Below are positions 53,419 through 64,000 of a stretch of DNA of 64,000 nt, piece by piece. Made by a program: the position numbers and the translations under genes. The notes under the pieces were generated by a model. That model was not told the DNA's origin. It saw only the letters and a program-made list of their open reading frames with translations, and made no database searches. The DNA comes from Eledone cirrhosa (taxonomy: Eukaryota), in NCBI GenBank assembly GCA_964016885.1, contig OZ024748.1, positions 2,542,001-2,606,000 of the forward strand, given 5' to 3'. Within the stretch, counting starts at the first letter, position 1. The number at the start of each line of letters is the position of its first letter.

Positions 53419-54428
53419 CCAGTACTTAGCTGTGATTTTGATGATTTTGACTCTGAAGGAATCTTTTGATAACCAATATTAGCTGGAACTGAAGTTTGTC
53501 AGGCTGTTGATTATAGATGGAAATTGGTGATTCTTTACTGGTCGTTCTGTGTAATATGGATTCTTTAATATGGTTTGTGAATTCTCGAAGTTATGGTTCA
53601 CTGAAGAAGATATATCTTCCTCTATCTGTTTCACTGCTTCCTCCTCCATCTTTCCCTCTCTCTCTTAATGTTAACCCTGGCAACACAGATACAGAAGATC
53701 TGCCCCCTTTTTTCAGTAATGTACATGCCTCTGTGTGTGTGTGTGTGTCTCTGTGTGTGTGTTTATATGACTGTTGGCATGGCTGGGTGGTTAAGAAGTT
53801 CAGTTTGCTGTCATGACACTGAAAATGAACTGCCCCCTTTTCAGTGATGTATATGGCCCCTGTGTCTGTATGTGTGTGTGTGTTCTTTTGTATATGGCTG
53901 TGTGGTTAAGAAATCCAGTTTGCCAGTGAGGAGGTTCTGGGTTTGATCCCCATTGTATGGTTGGGGGCAAGTGTCTTTTACCATAGTTTCGTGTTGATCA
54001 ATAGATCAACCCCATGAGTGAAATTAGGTGGACAGAAACTATGTGGAAGCCCGTTGGGGGTAACTGACTGTACTTGCAGTTCTTCTAATATATATGTTAT
54101 ATATACTGTGTGTCATGGTGATCCAGCTTTGGGGGATTTTGTTATGGGTAGACATGTCTGTGGAATACTCAACCACATATGTTAGTTCATGAGTTGGATG
54201 TCCACTAGGTTAAATAACTGAATGCTCATTGTTGAGACTGATGGGAGATCAATCATCATCATCACCACCACTACTACCATTATCACTACCATCACCATCA
54301 TCATCATCACTATCATCATCACCATCATCACACACACAATGTGAAATTAAAGAAATGAAAGGCTATCTATAGAGTAGATGAAAGCTAAGTATTCCGCCAT
54401 AAAACTTAAAGTACCCTTATCCTTTTAG

Positions 54429-54453
54429 GATTCTCCACTTGGTTGCTGAGCAG
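54429..54453 (+). other. Candidate 25-nt cassette exon of COPZ
   Basis: cccttatccttttag|GATTCTCCACTTGGTTGCTGAGCAG|gtgagt: strong sites in non-repeat sequence, with CTAAT and TGCATG downstream. Confidence 0.4.
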
Positions 54454-55125
54454 GTGAGTGTTTCTGTGTGCCTTATTGAACTGCCGTGTTCCCCCCTAAT
54501 TATTTGCATGCCCTCATTAAGGCCTCACACAGCAGGTTTATTATCTACCACACTCACCTCGTATTATTTCAGCAGCAAACAGCTATAACCACTTGGTTTA
54601 ACAAACATTTTGTTTTGTTGGTGGTTAAAATTGTTAAATTACTAATATAAGTGAATATGTATACATATGTATATATATATGTGTATATAAGTAAATATAT
54701 GTACATATGTAGTATTGTTTTTTTTTCAGAATATATGAATATGTGTGTGTGTTGTTTATGTATGTGTATAAATATTTATATAAATATATATTTTTTGTAT
54801 GTATATGTACATAGAATAATAATAATAATGAAAATTATTGTGTACAGTGCTCAGGTGCACTACAACTCATCAAGGTGCATGTATAGTACATAGAGTAATG
54901 TACAAATGTCAGGAAAGTGAACAGTCTATGAGTCATGATACACACACACACATATGTGTAACTTTATTTGTGTATATGTATGTGATGATAATTATGTCTA
55001 TATGTATTTGTATTAAGAACCAAAACGAGGTTTCACATTGAGGTTTTTATAGATTATGCCCAGTTATAGATTATGCTCAGTTATAGATTATGCCCAGTTA
55101 TAGATTATGCCCAGTTATAGATTAT

Positions 55126-55347
55126 GCCCAGTGACCGCTGGGTAAAGAAGTGCCAAGAAATCCCTGTAGAAGGAAGACCACGTAAAACATGGACGGAGGT
55201 GGTGAGAGCAGACCTCAGATCACTGAAACTCACCGAGGAGATGACGAAGGACCGTGACAAGTGGAGAGATGCTGTGCTGAATAGGACCCGCCCAACCCTT
55301 GCAAGCAGGGAAAAGCGGACGTAAAATGATGATGATGATGATGATGA
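55126..55347 (+). mobile_element. Second RTE family 3' end
   Basis: WVKKCQEIPVEGRPRKTWTEVVRADLRSLKLTEEMTKDRDKWR...RKRT* plus (GAT)n. A shorter copy is at about 15145-15265. Confidence 0.8.
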
Positions 55348-55869
55348 TATATATATGTAAATATACATGGTAGAATGGTATTCTGTTAAAGAATAGAAAA
55401 GAACCACAATGAAAGCAAGGTACTTTCTGATGATTTCATCACCAAATGAAACAAAGTTGTTCTATTAAGAAGAGCAAGATTTGTATTTCAATTCCTTGCC
55501 AGCAAACCTTTTTATGTTGAATAACCGAATATGATAACTACTTGCCCGAAATATCAGTTATAAAAGCAAGATATTCTAATGACCACCTGAGATGTAGTCG
55601 AGATAAAAAGAAAAAGTTTTAATGAAAAGAAATAATAGAATATGTTATGAATGGGTGGATTTATGGTGTGGCTTTGTGTGTTATGGTGTTCTATCAACTG
55701 GTTTGGTATGGAGGGATAAGGGGAGAGGTGTTATTTAGAGTATTGGTGATGGTGGTGGTGTATGTTGATTGACCTCAGCAGGATTTGAACCTAGAGCACA
55801 GAACCGGAATGAATACTGTAAATCATTTTATCTGATGTTCTAACAACTCTGCCATTTTGTTGCTTACTT

Positions 55870-55903
<34 letters not shown>

Positions 55904-55904
<1 letters not shown>

Positions 55905-56242
55905 CATCATTCATCATTTCATTTTACGTCCACTTTTCCCTGCTTGCAAGGGTGGGACGGGAACTGATTCTGGCTTGATTTCTACAGCTGGATGCCCTTC
56001 CTAACACCAACCTCATTTACAGTGAGTGCTGGGTGCTTTTTTGCCGTGGCACCTCCACGACCACTTTGCAGTGGAATGATAGGGACCCCAGTCCCTATCA
56101 TCTCATTTCTACAGCTGAGTAAACTGGAGCAATGTGAAATAAAGTGTCTTGCTCAAGGAAACAACACATCACCCGGTCTGAGAATTGAACTCACAACCTT
56201 TCGATTGCAAGGCCAATGCTCTAACCACTAAGCCATGTGCCT
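55904..56242 (-). mobile_element. Full-length CORE-type SINE copy
   Basis: Near-identical to 45314-45650. Confidence 0.85.
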
Positions 56243-56294
<52 letters not shown>

Positions 56295-56295
56295 T

Positions 56296-56337
<42 letters not shown>

Positions 56338-56338
56338 C

Positions 56339-56367
<29 letters not shown>

Positions 56368-56369
<2 letters not shown>

Positions 56370-56547
56370 ACGATCGTTTCTAGGATATATATGTGTTAGA
56401 ATTGGTATGCATATTCAACAGATCTATGTACAAAATTATACAAAATTATACAAATTATCAAGATTAATTTTGTACATAATTTTGTACATAGATCTGTTGA
56501 ATATGCATACCAATTCTAACACATATATATCCTAGAAACGATCGTTA
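56368..56547. repeat. Perfect inverted repeat with 72-bp arms
   Basis: 56368-56439 is the exact reverse complement of 56476-56547. Confidence 0.92.
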
Positions 56548-56846
56548 AATAATGAACTTTTTTTGTTTAATATAAGGAATTGTTTATTCATTATTTGTTT
56601 AATATTTTATCTTGACTCTGTATACCGTTTATCTTTCACCGAAAGTGGTTTTTCATTACATCTCTTCTTTCCATGATATCCGGAATACATTGAGTTCTTC
56701 ATACGGATTGGACACTACCGTAAACTCTTGGTAGATTTATCTACATATATATATATATATATTTATATATATACATATATATATATATACATATACATAT
56801 ATATATATATATACACATATACATATATATATATATACACATATAC

Positions 56847-56878
<32 letters not shown>

Positions 56879-56886
56879 ATATATAT

Positions 56887-56927
<41 letters not shown>

Positions 56928-56938
56928 TATATATATAT

Positions 56939-56979
<41 letters not shown>

Positions 56980-57016
56980 TATATATATATACATATATAT
57001 ACACATATATATATAT

Positions 57017-57046
<30 letters not shown>

Positions 57047-57048
<2 letters not shown>

Positions 57049-57612
57049 CATCATCATCGTTTAACGTCCATTTTCCACGCTAGCATGGGTCTGGACGGGA
57101 ATTGTCCCACTTGAGGCAAGATTGGTTGTCTTGCTCAGGACTGTCTGGCGGGTTTTCTACGGCTGGATGCCCTTCCTAACACCAACCACGTTTACAGTGT
57201 GGACTGGGAGGTTTTTACCGTGTTACCTACCCAGCCACATTACAGCGTGGACTGTGTGTTTTTTGTCGTGAGACCTACGTCTGGCGGGTTTTCTACGGCT
57301 GGATGCCCTTCCTAACACCAACCACGTTTACAGTGTGGACTGGGAGGTTTTTACTGTGTTACCTACACAGCCACATTACAGCGTGGACTGTGTGTTTTTT
57401 GTCGTGACACCTACACGACCTCATTTGTTTAGGACTGGATGTTGTGGTACCTACATAACTTCACATTTAAGGGGGTGGTGTGGATGGGTTGGGGGTAGTG
57501 GAACGGGGGTGTATTTTGTTAGAGGTGCCTACTGACTGTAGGTTTCGCTTTGTACTTAGGCAAGGCGGGTCTTCTGTATAACTGTGTAGCGCCAAAGATC
57601 TCGGTCCAGTGA
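57047..57612 (-). mobile_element. 3' UTR fragment of the same RTE, inverted
   Basis: Reverse complement of about 36460-37015 and 48670-49100. Confidence 0.8.
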
Positions 57613-57720
57613 CATATAAATAAATAAGAAAGAGAGAAGGAAAGAAAGAAGGCAAAGAAAGAAAGAAAGAAAGAAAAAGAAAGAAAAAAAAAATTTATAT
57701 GTATATATATATATATACAT

Positions 57721-57771
<51 letters not shown>

Positions 57772-57816
57772 CATATATATACATATATACATATACATAT
57801 ACATATATATATATAC

Positions 57817-57877
<61 letters not shown>

Positions 57878-58031
57878 CATATATACATATATATATATAC
57901 ATATATATATATACATATATACATATATATATATATACATATATACATATACATATATACATATACATATATACATATATATACATATATACATATATAT
58001 ACATATATATATACATATACATATACATATA

Positions 58032-58069
<38 letters not shown>

Positions 58070-58080
58070 CATATATATAT

Positions 58081-58148
<68 letters not shown>

Positions 58149-58294
58149 GTAAGCAGTTTGTGTTGATAAAGAAACACAGGAGTATATTTATGATAACGTA
58201 TTTGCCGTGATTACACCAGTATCACTCCAGTAATTTGTTCTTTATGTCGCGCATGTATTGTTTTTGTTGTTTTAATATTTTCTATATATATATA

Positions 58295-58339
<45 letters not shown>

Positions 58340-59259
58340 GAAAAGTATAGAAATTGTTGTAGCGAGAAGCTACATATATATATATTGTATATATACATAT
58401 ATATACATATATATATTGTATTAATTATATTTGATGTCCTTTTTCTGTCGGTTATATTTTCATTTTCTATCAATTTCACTCTTAATTAGAGAAACATTTT
58501 TCTTTATCTTTGTTCATTTAGTTTTATTTTATATCATTAGTTTCTCTCTTTCTTTCTTCTATAGATTTTTTTTTTCATTGTTTAATCATAACTTTGCTTG
58601 GGTGGTTGGTTTTGTTTTATTTACTTTTTTCATTTTTATTTTTTATTTTTCATTTCATTTCATTTCATTTCATTTCACATGATATCTAGTATTCCCCCCT
58701 CTCTCGCTCTTTCTTTTCCTTTTTCTTCTCTCCTCATCCATCTCTTACTCTCTCTCTCCTACCCTCATCATTCCTCTCTCACCCTCTCGCTCTCTCTCTC
58801 TCCCATTCCTTACTTTCCCCACCCACCCATCTCTTCTACTTTCCCCTCTTTCCTCTTCTACACCCCCCCTATACTCCCCTCTCTCTCCTGCCCCACCCCT
58901 CTCTACTACTTTCCCTCTTTCCTCCTACCACCCCTCTCACTTCCTCTATCACTCCTCCCCTCTCTTCTCCTTCCTCTACTCCCACCAATACTAATTGTAT
59001 ATTATTTCAATAATGTTGGTTCTTTTATCTTATAATTTTTCTCCCACGGGTTTTCCCTTGGAACTTTGTCATACCTTGCTATAGATTCCATTATTATCAT
59101 TATTATTTCCCTACATTAAACTGTGTCTCATTCAACACATTAGGCTACTTCACTTTCCATATTCTTAACCCTTTCAACACGTATCCACCAAAAACCATCT
59201 CTACTGCTATGGAACAAATCTACTTTGTTTAAACTGTTCCCATTTAAATTAAAATCTTC

Positions 59260-59636
59260 CAACGACCACCTTTTTGAATTCCATGTGTCTAACACCCATG
59301 GACATGTTTACAAAATCAGAAAACAGCACAACTCCATGACTTTCGGAAACATTTTTTCATGCTCAGAGTTGATGAAGCATGGAACAAACTACCTGCATCA
59401 GTTGATAGCTGTTGGGACACTGCATCCTTCAAAACTTCCATACTTCCCAAAATTCGCCAACATTACAACCGATATTCTGCCTCCATACACACGCATGCAT
59501 CTGTGTGTGTCTGTATGTATATCATGACTCATACACTGTTCACTTTCCTGACATTTGTACATTATTCTATGTACTATACATGCACCTTTGATGAGTTGTA
59601 GTGCACCCTAGCACTGTACATTATCATTATCATTAT
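59260..59636 (+). mobile_element. 3' fragment of the same CR1-group LINE
   Basis: Homologous to 12897-13300 (SNTxGH..K.RKQH; EAWNKLPASV). A 3' UTR-only piece also sits at about 54813-54940 (minus). Confidence 0.8.
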
Positions 59637-60673
59637 TTTTATAATTTTATATAACCAATTGTTATGTTAAAAATACCAGTTTAATAATTGAAATAATTTT
59701 CATAAATCCCTCAAAATTCTTCAGTAATTAATTCAGACAGTGTCTTTCATTAGAAATATGTAAAGTGGTTGGTGATAGGAAGGGTATCCAGCCCAAGAAA
59801 GCTTGCCAAACAAATTACATTAAAACAACAACAATAACACCAACGATGATGTCAATGATAGGAATCATCAGTATCAGCAATACACACTTTAAATTGTGTC
59901 ATGTGTCACCTATTAAAGTGTGTCACTCTTTTCAGCCTATTTTCCTCTCCATTTCAATCACACCTTGTCTGTAATATATAACCATTAACTGACATCTTAA
60001 AATACATCATAAGTCACCTTCAGTCCTTTAAAAACAATTTTATTGTTTTTTGTCCTCTTTCGTTTCATTCACTGACTTTCAACAATCTCCTTTATTTAAC
60101 ATTTATTTTAAAGTATGAAACACCTTTCCCTTTCTTTCCCTTTCTTTCTTTCTCTTTCTTTTTTTCTTTCTCTTTCTTTCTTTCTTTCTTTCTTTCCTTC
60201 TCTGTTTCTTATTTATTTATATATTGTTAGACCTGTATGTAATATTTCTCCGTTAAGGAATTTCTGTGGTTCAAACAACAAGAGGGGGCTGATAATTCTG
60301 CATTGACTTAAGAAGACACTAAATCCCTTACTAAACTTCATATTGACAACTAAATCACCTTCAGATATATACTATATTTGTATATATGTATATTTATCAT
60401 CATTTAATGTCAGTTTTCCCAGCTATCAATGGTTGGACTATGTTGCTATTACCATCTCTGTTTGTTTACAAGTCTCGCTTTCTAAACCCAATTCTACCTG
60501 CCCCCAATAGGTAACTTTTTTTAGTTATTGCTTGCACCAGCCTGAGGTATATGGTCTTTAATGCAAAGAATTACCAATGATGGCTGGAAGATCACTGATG
60601 ACGGACAGTCGTCTTCTTCTAATTGTATTCATATGTATCCCATTTGCAACAACACAGCACACCATTTTTCATT

Positions 60674-60711
<38 letters not shown>

Positions 60712-60718
<7 letters not shown>

Positions 60719-60803
60719 GCATACATGGTCGTGTGCTTGCTGCATGTGTATATATATATATATATATATATACACATGCATACATGGTCGTGTGCTTGGC
60801 TGC

Positions 60804-60839
<36 letters not shown>

Positions 60840-60865
60840 GCATACATGGTCGTGTGCTTGGCTGC

Positions 60866-60915
<50 letters not shown>

Positions 60916-60941
60916 GCATACATGGTCGTGTGCTTGGCTGC

Positions 60942-60981
<40 letters not shown>

Positions 60982-61007
60982 GCATACATGGTCGTGTGCT
61001 TGGCTGC

Positions 61008-61055
<48 letters not shown>

Positions 61056-61083
61056 GCATACATGGTCGTGTGCTTGGCTGCAC
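60712..61083. repeat. About 38-bp unit x6 interspaced by variable (TA)n
   Basis: TACACATGCATACATGGTCGTGTGCTTGGCTGCATGTG followed by (TA)n. Confidence 0.9.
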
Positions 61084-61318
61084 TGCTGAAAGCATTCATC
61101 GGCTTGGCTGAGGCTATGCTGTACTTCCATTTGTATATACATATACATATATATATATATATATACATACATATACATATATATATATATATATACATAC
61201 ATATACATATATATATATATATACATACACATATATATATATAGTCACAAGGAGTTATATATACATTTTTCCTGTACATCCAGTGTTCATATTGATACTA
61301 CCACCAGTAATTCACTGA

Positions 61319-61388
<70 letters not shown>

Positions 61389-61789
61389 CACACACTCATT
61401 TACTTTATTTGTTTACTCTTTACGCACCCACATATATATATATTACATTTGATTGTACATTTATGCGAGTGTGTGTGTGACAGTGAAAGTGCATGATTTA
61501 GGGGTTAGGGTGTGGGGCTCATGATTGTAGAATCATGAATCAGTGCCTTGAGCAAGAGACTATTTCATGTTGCTTTAGTTCACTCAGCTGGAAATTATGA
61601 GTTGTCCCTGTGATTCAAAGAGTCTTCCTTGTCACATACAGTGTCATGTTGAATTTCCTTGGGGATTATGTTGAGGGCATGTTGGTCTGTGGAATGCTTG
61701 GCCACTTGTATGTTAATGTCAGCAACTGGAATGCTCATCATTGTAACTGACAGAGGGTCCAACACGTGTACCTTCTTCTTCGCCGACTT

Positions 61790-62100
61790 ATTCCTGAGAG
61801 GATCGAAGGAGCGGAGTCCTTAAACACTCGTTCCAGCAGCAACTGTCTCCAACTGATCCTGCTGGATCCCCAAGTGAGACGAGCCAAGCTCATGGATGTT
61901 ATCCAACCATCTTATTCGGGGTCTACCCCTGGGTCTCCTGTCAGTTGGTTCTGCCTGTAAAATCTTTCCAGTGATTCTTTCCTGAGACATTCTAACCACA
62001 AGGCCCATAGTATTGGAGCTGTGACGTCTCAATTCAAAGAAGTAGCAGCTCTACCTGAAGTGACTCTCTCATCCCCGAACTACGCAATTTATTAAGTAAA
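61790..62100 (-). mobile_element. Third RTE family fragment
   Basis: RITGKILQAEPTDRRPRGRPRIRWLDNIHELG. Related pieces at about 9880-10100 and 63870-64000 (plus). Confidence 0.7.
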
Positions 62101-62688
62101 ATTACTCCAAAGGCCCTTTGGAGGAACCCCATTTCAGCCGCTTGTATTCACGATAGAAATAATAATATAATGATGACTCCCTGGTGTGTGTTCAATCCTG
62201 CAACTCCTACTGACCAGCCAAACATACTAACCATTATAGCATGGAACTATATAATAATTTGTTCTTTGCCTTCAAAAAAGAAAAAAAAGGTGTATGTACT
62301 TTTTTGCTTTGATTCTAACCCGATGTTTACATATTTATACCAATTAATATTTTTCATTAGCTCACAGAATGTGGTGAGTTGGCTGAGATGTAATTTTACT
62401 GTTACTTTATTTTCTGAGTTTGGTTGTTTAAAACCCCACTCCCATTCACCCAAGTATATTTCCACACTCATATACCTATAATGTGAGGAAAAATATATGC
62501 CGAGATATATATACACTAGTGTTCCTCAACCTACAAACCACGTTAATATCTCCTATTTTTCTTCTTCTAACTTTTATATATTATATAAACGCATTGAGCT
62601 ATTCCTTTCTCTTAAAAGTTGACAGTTACTTTCTATAAATTTAATTCTCTACTCTCTTTTGAGAATTGATAATATAGTTCTAACTTTG

Positions 62689-62723
<35 letters not shown>

Positions 62724-63042
62724 TATATATACACATATATATATATACACATATATATATATATATATGTGTGTAGTGAAAAAGAAGTGTGGACATTAGA
62801 AAACGTTCTATACAGATCATGTTATATAAGGAAAATGATTAAAAAGAAGGGTTTGAAAAGTACATCTGGTATATATATAAGAAGGATCTTTATAACGTAT
62901 AAAAATTTATGTTAACAAAGCCTGCTTTCTCCATTTTGGATTGTCAAAACATTTATTAAGTTAAATTGTTTTTTCGTTAAAACACCTGCATGCTGATTCT
63001 CGACCATAATATACCTGTATGAATTTGTTTGATTATATTTTG

Positions 63043-63073
<31 letters not shown>

Positions 63074-63082
63074 TTTTTACAG

Positions 63083-63130
63083 GTGTTGCAGTCTGCTAAG
63101 GAACAGATAAAATGGTCACTTTTGAAATAA
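63083..63130 (+). CDS. COPZ1: Coatomer subunit zeta, terminal coding exon (VLQSAKEQIKWSLLK*)
   Basis: tttttacag acceptor; canonical zeta-COP C-terminus; TAA at 63128-63130. Confidence 0.96.
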   Translation: MLQSAKEQIKWSLLK

Positions 63131-63487
63131 TGGTAAAACCTGGATATTACTGCCACAGCCACTACTACCACCATCAACACCACCATGAAGATGAGTGATA
63201 TTCTAGAAAATACCACTTCAACTATCAGATCATATTAATAATTTGAGACATAATTCGACATACATTTTTTTTGTTGTTGATTTCTTTTTTTTTTTTCATA
63301 TCTCTCAGAGATTTATTAAATTCATATTTCACTGATATTTTGAACAGAATTTGTTGTTATTTAAACGAAAAAAAAAAAAATCTTTATCTCTGAATTAAAA
63401 AAAATGGTTTGGTTTTTCCTACAATATGTGCATGTTTTATGAGGGGCAGTGTAATTTATTTATATATTTAATCAATTTAAATGTCTG

Positions 63488-63493
63488 AATAAA
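63488..63493 (+). terminator. Candidate polyadenylation signal
   Basis: AATAAA about 360 nt after the stop codon; ATTAAA variants occur earlier in the 3' UTR. Confidence 0.4.
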
Positions 63494-64000
63494 GCTAGTA
63501 AGCCATGACAGACTTGGAAAGGTTTCTAGTACCCCTTTACAGTTAAGAATCAAAAATACGATAGACAGAGATTAAAAAATGGAAGGCCAATAGGAGGTAA
63601 AAGAAGTATAAAAAAAGATGATAAAAAAAAAAATGGAAACCAAGGGCAACTATAAAGCAGCTATAAGTTTCTGTTTTTGAATCGTTTCCTAACCTCCATG
63701 TACTGAAAGATCTTGTTTATAGTTGGTTGATCTTTGACAAGGTATTGAATCGCCAATCATAAAAGTATTTTAATAATCAGCTTTGGAGTAACATTACTTG
63801 ATCAATTGTGTAGCTTGGATATCAGAGTCACTCCAGGTAGACTCACTACTTCTCTGAGAGGTCATAGTTCTGATACTATGGGCATGTGGTTAGCATGTCT
63901 CAGGTAAGAATTGCTGGACAGATTTTATGGGCAAAACCAACTGGCAAAGAGACCCAGGGGTAGACCTTGAGCAAGGTGGTTGGATAACATCCATGAGCTT

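Overview
Eukaryotic, AT-rich, (TA)n-saturated animal genomic DNA. The repeat landscape suggests an octopod/coleoid cephalopod (inference only). The window holds one complete + strand gene, coatomer subunit zeta (COPZ, zeta-COP), which the ORF track misses because its exons are small. I assembled 7 coding exons by hand: 891-911, 2428-2496, 4458-4539, 5931-6022, 7104-7237, 11628-11718 and 63083-63130. They total 537 nt (178 aa + stop) with GT-AG introns and consistent phases. The last intron is 51.4 kb (11719-63082), about 80% of the window. It contains tRNA-derived SINEs, RTE and CR1 LINE fragments, MITEs, microsatellites and several minisatellites. Best leads: (1) a structurally complete type I hammerhead ribozyme in the pre-mRNA sense orientation (49523-49573). 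It has a covarying sister copy and an adjacent 41-bp perfect antisense arm. Further hammerhead-like motifs sit in palindromic, TA-embedded, Penelope-like repeats. (2) An in-frame 21-nt microexon candidate (HLSKKLE, 32450-32470) and other cassette candidates in the giant intron. (3) A 5.1-kb G-rich satellite formed by amplifying a SINE head inside a single insertion bounded by a target-site duplication (TSD); a 2-copy intermediate lies nearby. Repeat boundaries are read by eye and are approximate. Nearly all long ORFs in the track are artefacts of repeats.
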